Source: Azolla caroliniana
Lineage: Eukaryota > Plantae > Polypodiophyta
DNA: 44,148 bases
Assembly (NCBI GenBank): GCA_043228905.1
Contig: JBHGNT010000255.1
Location: 1 to 44,148, forward strand
Direction: 5' to 3'
This document shows, piece after piece, positions 36,953-44,148 of the stretch (position 1 is the stretch's first letter; each line of letters opens with the position of its first letter). The position numbers were made by a program, and so were the translations under genes. Under the pieces are notes generated by a model that ran no database searches, was not told where the DNA came from, and worked only from the letters and a program-made list of their open reading frames with translations.

Positions 36953-38107
36953 GAACCTCTACGTAATTCATCTATAAATTGAACGCCATAGAAAAAGTCA
37001 TGATGCATAGAGGAATTTATCACAAAGCACACTAGCATTTTGCTTACGAGCATGTATTTCACATTCATTGATATTCTATCTCATTGAAATGCTTGCATAT
37101 GGTTAAATTAATCAAAATTTTAAATTGCAAACTTAAGGTAAATGAAGGTCCAAACAGAAAAACCCGCGAAATTTAAAAAAATGATTTAAATTAATGAAAT
37201 ATATTTAAGCATAAAAACCATTAACTAAACTATGAAATTGATTATAGAATTGAAACATGAAGGAAAGAAAAAACAATTAAGTAAAAACTTATAAACATTA
37301 TTTTGAGAACCAAACCAAACTATTTATTTATAATGGAAAACGAACTACAATGTTTAACGATAATTTCAAATCAAAACAATCCATCTAATTATTTTGTTCC
37401 GTTTGAGTCAAGAGTAGGGTCCACGACTAGGCATAGTAGTCTATTTGTAATAAAGCCTTTCAAGTTAAGTGAAGTTTATTACACAACTATACATTCAGTG
37501 TGAATATGTCATTTTGTTGTGACCAAGCTATCTGTGAACATTAGTTATGCAAGCACAAGAATCACTATGGATAGAAAATTGAGTCAATAAATTATTATGC
37601 AACATACCAATGCGATATATGGCATGAGCACAAAAGAAAATGCTCCTCCATCGATTGGGAGAGAGAGAGATTCTCTATGCAAATGTATGTTCATATTAAA
37701 ACAATCATGACAATACAAAAAACCTTGCTATCAAAACTACTTCAAAAGTAGCGATGTGGCAAGGGCAACCTTCTAATGTGCTGCAATACAAAACGACACA
37801 AATGTAACTCATCTGGGGACAAAGTTCCCATACAACATAAATGTGTCCCCATACAACATAAATGTGAAAACTGCCAAATCATCCTCTTATCCTACATATT
37901 TGTTGAGATACTCGAAAAAGCCCATCAAATAAGAAACCAAGTTCCAAATATACCACATGCCCAAGCACCTCAAATAATCAAACACAAACTTATACTCTAG
38001 GGATGGTAAAACTCTATCACCTTCAATGAAAACCCATTGAAAAGGTGACAAAACATTTCCAGTCAATGACCCCCGCAATCTTTATGCAAGGAGCTGGGAT
38101 GAACGAA

Positions 38108-38290
38108 TTACACAGTCGGCATGAACGAATCGAGGCTCCCTAGTTCTAATGAAAAGGCTTCATCTCGGGTTCCTATATCCTCATCGGTCGGCTGCGTCCT
38201 CGCCACACATTCGGGCAACGGGATGAAATTTACCAACATCCCCCCCGAGGCACCCAACCCCTACAGAAATTTCCAAATGCTGCCAATCTG
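38108..38290 (-). pseudogene. 3' end of the Copia-A-interrupted membrane-protein paralogue
   Basis: The reverse complement matches 16020..16195 (HL.ISVGVG..PECV.RT.P.DE..G.R..SLELGSLDSFM..V*). It joins 10721 across the TSD ATCTG. Confidence 0.88.
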
Positions 38291-38615
38291 TGTAACAAAA
38301 GTTCAGAAGATAATGGGCTGGATTGACAACAGAGAACAAGAGAGAGTTTTCAAAGAATGAAGAACAAGGTAAGATCTTATATTAAAACAGGTGTATTGCA
38401 ATGTAAGAACCTATAGAAAACTCTAGAGGTAGTACCACACACTGATCTAAACAATACTTTCATTCATATATATATACAAAGAAGTACCAACTAGTCGTTA
38501 CTTCTTTGTAACTGTTGTTTTGTCTTTTTCCTTATTGTCTTTTGTAACTCATGTTTTTTCTTTATCCTCATAACTCATGTCTTATCATTTGTGGTGTAAA
38601 CAGGTAATCTTAACA
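38291..38615 (-). mobile_element. 3' LTR of Copia-A
   Basis: TG...CA, preceded by the TSD ATCTG (38286..38290) and followed by a C7 tract (PPT on the minus strand). About 11 substitutions plus a 4-bp indel versus 10392..10720 by eye. Confidence 0.95.
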
Positions 38616-38642
38616 CCCCCCCGTAGCTGTGACACCACCAAC

Positions 38643-41600
38643 TCATCTATTTCGATGAATACTTAATCCAATATGGTGGCAGCAACTCCAATGTTTTGCG
38701 TTGGGTACTGGCTTGGTAAGAAAATCAGCCCACATAGTTTGTGTTGAAGTATGTCCAATCGAGAGGTTAGATTCTTCAAGAAGTTCTGAGATGAAGTGAT
38801 GTCGTGCACGGATATGCTTGTTCTGCTCTGTGATCTTGGGGTCCTTAGTGATTTTGATGCAGGATTGGTTGTCACACCATAACTTGAATTCAGAAATTTT
38901 GAGGATGGCAAGTTCATCAATGATGGACTTCAACCATAATCCTTCCTTAGTAGTGAGAGTAGCTGCTATATATTCTGCTTCAGTGGAAGAGAGGGCTACA
39001 GTAGCTTGTTTCTTTGTTCGCCATGAAATGGCACCACCTGCAAATAGGAATACATAGCCAGAGGTGGATCGAGAGGTATCCTTGTCCCCCCCCCCCCCCC
39101 CCCCCCCAATCTGCATCCATCCAACCATGTAGTGGTGTTGATAGCCAGCCTTGGATATTTGAATGTTGGGCTTTAGAGTATGATGTGTAAGTAAGTGTCA
39201 TATCCCTTGTGTACTTTAGATACCGTAATACTCTTTTAAGTGCTTTCCAATGGTTAACTCCTGGATTCTCCATGAATCTTGATAGGTATCCAGTGGCAAA
39301 AGATAAGTCAGGTCGGGTGCAACTGACGAGGTATCGAATGCTCCCCAACACTTGGCGATACGAGATATTCTTCATAAAGTAAGTTTCTTCAGTTGTATGT
39401 AGTGAATCTTCAGATGATAATTTGCATGGTACTGTGAGGGGAGTGGAGATTGGAGAACACTCAAACATATCAAACTTGGTTATTATATTATCAACAAAGT
39501 TTTTTTCTGATAGGGAGAGTGTACCTAGAGTTCGATTCCTTTTTACATGAATCCCAAGAAAATGTTCTAGTGGCCCAAGATGTTTGATAAGGAATTGTTG
39601 TCGTAACTCTGCAATAAATTCCATTACCAAGTCTTCCGATGTCCCAACAATAGGTAAATCATCTACATAGACTCCCAAGAGTAAGAATTCTGTTCTTGTT
39701 TTCCTTATATATATATATATTAGGTTCCGATTGAAGTTGTTGAAATTTGATTGATAAGAGGAACCTATGAAATTTGGCATACCATTGTCTAGGGGATTGT
39801 TTTAGGCCATATAAAGGTTTGTTAAGTTTACACACATACTTAGGGTCTATATTATTATCTAACATTTGGGGTTGTTCCATATATATATATCTTCTTCTAA
39901 ATCACCATGTAAAAACGTTGTTTCAATATCAACATGATGAAGTTCAAGATTTAAATATGCCGTAATGGCAAGAATCAATCGAAGTGCAGTGATCTTTAGA
40001 GTGGGTGAAAAAGTTTCATGGTAGTCCACACTTGGTATTTGTGAAAATCCTCGAGCTACTAATCTCGCTTTGAACCTCACGGGAGTACCTAGGGCATCAT
40101 ATTTCTTTGTAAAAAGCCACTTACAAGTGATGACATTGGCACGACAAGGCCGCAATACTAATATCCATGTGTGATTCTTTTGGAGTGCTGAGAATTCAGA
40201 TTTAATTGCCGCAACCCAATTGTCTTTTTCTTTACTTTTTAATGCTTGCTTGAAGGTGAGAATTGGAGCTGGGTCGTAGTTGTCTCCTTCGATGATGGCT
40301 GCAAAGATGGATATGTTGGACTCCGTCTCTGTTGCGAAGTGACATGTGGACTTTTCAAGCACCTCGTCCTTAGTTGCATCATAGATATCACTAAGTAACC
40401 TTACCTTAGTCTTTTTAGCCCTAATTTCTTTGTCTTTTAAGGTTGTTTTGGAGAGGTTGTAGGTTTTTAGGCGGTCGAGATCCATATTCTCAGATCTGGA
40501 GCTTTGTTTTCTTGCAGTCATGGAGGATGCATAGGGTTGGATGTGGTCTCCACTCATATGCTCAGGTTCAAGGCTTCGAGTAATATATTGTGCAATGGAT
40601 TGATTGTTGCTTTCAAGGCTCCGGTCATACACTTGTTCACCTTCGGGGCTTTGAGCATCAGATTGGTCGAAAAATTGACTACCAATTTTGAGATTTTGAG
40701 GATACTCTGAGGTGTAAGGTTGTAGGTGACCTGAACTTGTATGTTCAGATTCACAATTTCGACATTCAGATGTTGAGGAAGAGCTGTTGGGTTGTTGGCA
40801 GTGTATTAGCACATCCTCAGGTTCGAGACTTTGAGTGGCTGATTTGGTAATCATAGGCTTGGTGGTGGTCTTCACAGCAGAGATTCCCAACCCCTCATCT
40901 TGAGTGGTTAAGATCTGAGAATGAGGTAATTGGTTGAGTTTCTCTCCTTTGTTTTTTGTTGCATTAGTTGTTGGCGCACCATGATTGTTGTGTAGTTCGA
41001 CGTTGATGATGTTTGTCCCATCATTTTCAAATTCCATTCCTGTTGCTTGAGGAAGTCTTAACTTTGTGATTTCCTTGGTAAGGTGTTCACTCTCGGTTTC
41101 TTTCATTACATATGATGACCTAGAAAAAAGACTTTTCTCATCAAATTCCACAGAACGACTAAATATTATTTTACCTGTATCAGGAAGGTAAATTTTGTAT
41201 GCTTTTACTCCATATGGCTCCCCATATCCAATAAATTTTCCTTTGATGCATCGATCCTCAAGTTTTGTCCTCTTGGCAGGTTGTATGTATGCAAATGCAG
41301 TTGCTCCAAATACTCGAAGATGTGATATCTCAGGTGGGTACCGATACCACATGGTGTATGGCACTTGTCCTTCTATACCTTGGTGACGGGTTCTGTTTTG
41401 TAGGTAACAAGCTATGGCGACTGCTTTTTCCCAGAATCTCGAGGCCATTCCACTCGTCTTCAGCATACTCCTAGCAGCATTTAATAAGGTGCGATTCTTT
41501 CTCTCGGCTATCCCATTTTGTTGAGGTGTGTAGACAGTTGACTTTTGATGAAATATATCATTTTTTTCGTTAAAGGCTTCCCATTCTTGTGAAACAAATT

Positions 41601-41888
41601 CCCCACCATTGTCACTTCTTATTACTTTAACTTTAAGTTGTGTTTTATTTTCAACAAAGCTCTTATATGCACAAAATGCTTTGAATGCATTTACCTTTTG
41701 TTTAAGAAAGATAACCATTGTAAATCGCGAACTGTTATCAATAAATGTTATAAAGTACCTTGCTCCGGAGAGTGAGTTGGGAGTTATCCATCCACATACA
41801 TCCATGTGAACAAGTTGGAATAGTTCCTTTGTCTTTGAGTTACTTAGCGGGAATGATTTTTGAGCCATTTTCCCATACATGCATCCTT
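38643..41888 (-). pseudogene. Copia-A pol: integrase - reverse transcriptase - RNase H (frameshifted)
   Basis: [75 protein letters not shown]. Frameshifts occur at (AT)n and poly-G tracts. Confidence 0.95.
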
Positions 41889-44148
41889 AACACGTTCGCG
41901 TTCACAAGTGGAAGGATTGCGCATTCCACTTGTAGAATCTTCTTAAAAGGAAGCAAGTACACCCTCTCTACAAAAATTGGATGCACTAGTATCACATGTT
42001 CCTCAACTTGATGAGAATTTGCAAATATAAAAATACATGATAGGTCTACGAGTGGAGATCATTAGAAATCATGCAAGTTTAGACGCGTTGATAAGTTAAT
42101 GTAGGCATAATAAAGTTCAATAATGGCTCAATATGTCACTACTGTGCGACAAGGGAAACACTAACTTAAAGACTTATATTAATTAGGTAAGTTTTACAAA
42201 AATATCAGGTGTACTTGTATCCATACTAATAAAATGAGTTATAATTTATACTTTGACCCATACGTGCATGTATGTAATTGTGGAAAATGTAGGATAGTGC
42301 ACATTAGGATAAGTGATTGGAATAACTAACTTATTAAAGTATTCAATACTTGTATTTAAAGTTGATCTAATCTATTCCTCAGTTTGTTCATATGGGATCA
42401 AACCATATGTATATAATTGTGGACAATGTAAGGCAGTGAACTTTAGGATAATGTCGTGGAAATAACAAACCTATTAGGCTTTCATACCTGTATTTAAAAT
42501 TGATCTGCTCTATTCATTAGGTGATTCACACAGGATCAAACTCTGAACGATAACGCAATTGGAACCATTATCAACACACTACACAATCTAAGCAGCAATG
42601 GAATAGAAACATAATAGTTTTAACAATAGAAGACAAAGATCCATAATAACAACATGGACAGTCATGGCAACAATTGTAGGGCCATGTTCTGTTAAGGTTA
42701 GTTGGACCAAAATCAGCCTCAATTTAAACTAATTCATGTTTCTCCATAAATTTGGTAGTCAGCTATGCACGCAGTGAAACCAATGTCATAAATCTACTAA
42801 CCAAGTATATAAAAATAAAATTGAAACATATAGAAGATTATAAAGAATAGAATCCACTAGGTAAAACCCAAAATTTGTATTAATAATGTGAAATCCTAAC
42901 AAATCGTCAGTGTCATTTTCTTCATAGAGTCTATTACATAGCAATCAATTCATCAACATCATTTTCTTCATCATCTTGTGTAGAACTCTCTTCGGCTATA
43001 CGTGCATTGGCTTCCCCTATTAGCCGAGCCAACGAAATATCTTCTATAAGCTCATCATCAAGCTCTATTAGCTCCCCCGGTTCGCCGGCTAACGGAGGAA
43101 TAGGCTCTCGCGAAGCAGGTTGAAACCTTTCTATATTAGCGAGGTTCTTTGCACCGACCTCCTCATCCTGGTCTGGGCACTCCCACAAAGCCTTAATCCG
43201 CATATTAATAAATATAACCTGGTCCTCGTCCTTCTCCAATGTAACTGTATTTCTAAAGAGCTTCAATGCACATGCAGATGTCGTTCCTGTGATGTAAGTA
43301 ACAAGAAGATTTAGTTGTCAAACGAAAAAAAAAGGGATTGGTTATCTCAAGATCATTACCCTAGTTCGAGGAATACCTGTGCCAGAAAAGAGATCTAATA
43401 TCCAGTCTCCTTCGATAGAAAACATCTCGATCAAGCGCATCATAAGTCGTTGAGGATTTTGATATGGGTTGACAAGTCCCCGTTCTGTCGTGGTGACATG
43501 TCGCAATTTCCGTGTCACTGTTGGATATACCAACAGATTTGAACCTCCCACTTCATTAGAATGCTCCTTGATTCTCTGTTTCTTAATTTCATCGAAGTAG
43601 CCAACCGTGATGTATTCAATGGCATTAACGAACCGAAAAGTTGGCCCTCTATTTACATTGGTCTTGATCCTATAAAAAATAATACATCGAGTTAAGAATA
43701 GATTGAACAACCTTAAGAAATGCAATATAGTGAAAGACACCTATAAATAATCCTTACCATGCAAGGTTCTTGATGCCATGGCAACGAGATCTCAAAGCTT
43801 GAGCTACCGAGTACCCTTGGTCCATACTATGAAAGACAACTATTCGCCACAAGGATGCAGTCGTTAGCTCAGCGAAATCCTTGACCATCTTCTCCAATTG
43901 TTTAAACCTAAACGGTTCATCGTCGTATGATGACCCAACCATTCGAAATCCGTAAGGAATATCCGCAATCATTAGCGTATATTCCTTCTTTGGCACCTTT
44001 TGGATCAAGTCGACGTCATCACCACAAACCACATTGTAGAAAAGATCTCTCGTAATATCTTTTCTGTGGCTAAATTTTTTAAAGGAGCCATCTTCCTCCA
44101 TTTCATACGCCTTGACTAAGCGACGATCCTTTTCTTTTCTGGCTCGCT
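41889..44148. mobile_element. Second copy (left part, truncated by the window) of the MTase-carrying transposon
   Basis: cctt|aacacgttcgcgttcacaagtgg at 41885..41911, at the same insertion site in Copia-A. Confidence 0.93.
42934..44148 (-). CDS. Methyltransferase exons of the second copy (44148-43758 partial, 43669-43377, 43286-42934)
   Basis: Same translation as copy 1 (DIPYG, DLFSGTG|TT). The 5' part lies outside the window. Confidence 0.8.

Larger units (their letters stand above)
40963..44148. repeat. Copy 2 of the 40,962-bp-period direct repeat
   Basis: Matches 1..3186. Confidence 0.97.

Overview
AT-rich, repeat-dense eukaryotic DNA. It looks like a land-plant nuclear locus (spliceosomal introns, Copia/LINE debris; a fern-like host is my inference). 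The main feature is an 8,123-bp cut-and-paste DNA transposon (927..9049; 36-bp TIRs, 4-bp CCTT TSD). It carries two divergent genes: a Sola1-like DDD transposase (+) and an intron-containing cargo gene (-) encoding a ParB/Srx-like domain fused to a bacterial-type beta-class amino-(N6A/N4C) DNA methyltransferase. Three 25-bp palindromes lie between the two genes. This transposon sits inside a Ty1/Copia retrotransposon, which sits inside a pseudogenised paralogue of an unrecognised multi-pass membrane-protein gene (intact copy 14823..16195). The rest of the window holds a second degenerate Copia, Copia and LINE fragments, a solo LTR, Helitron-like ends, PP2C gene fragments, a young 74-83-bp minisatellite and a large inverted segmental duplication. 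Bases 1..3186 recur, apparently identically, at 40963..44148, so the window is a 40,962-bp tandem (or circularly permuted) unit. All family assignments come from motif recognition by eye; no database searches were run.
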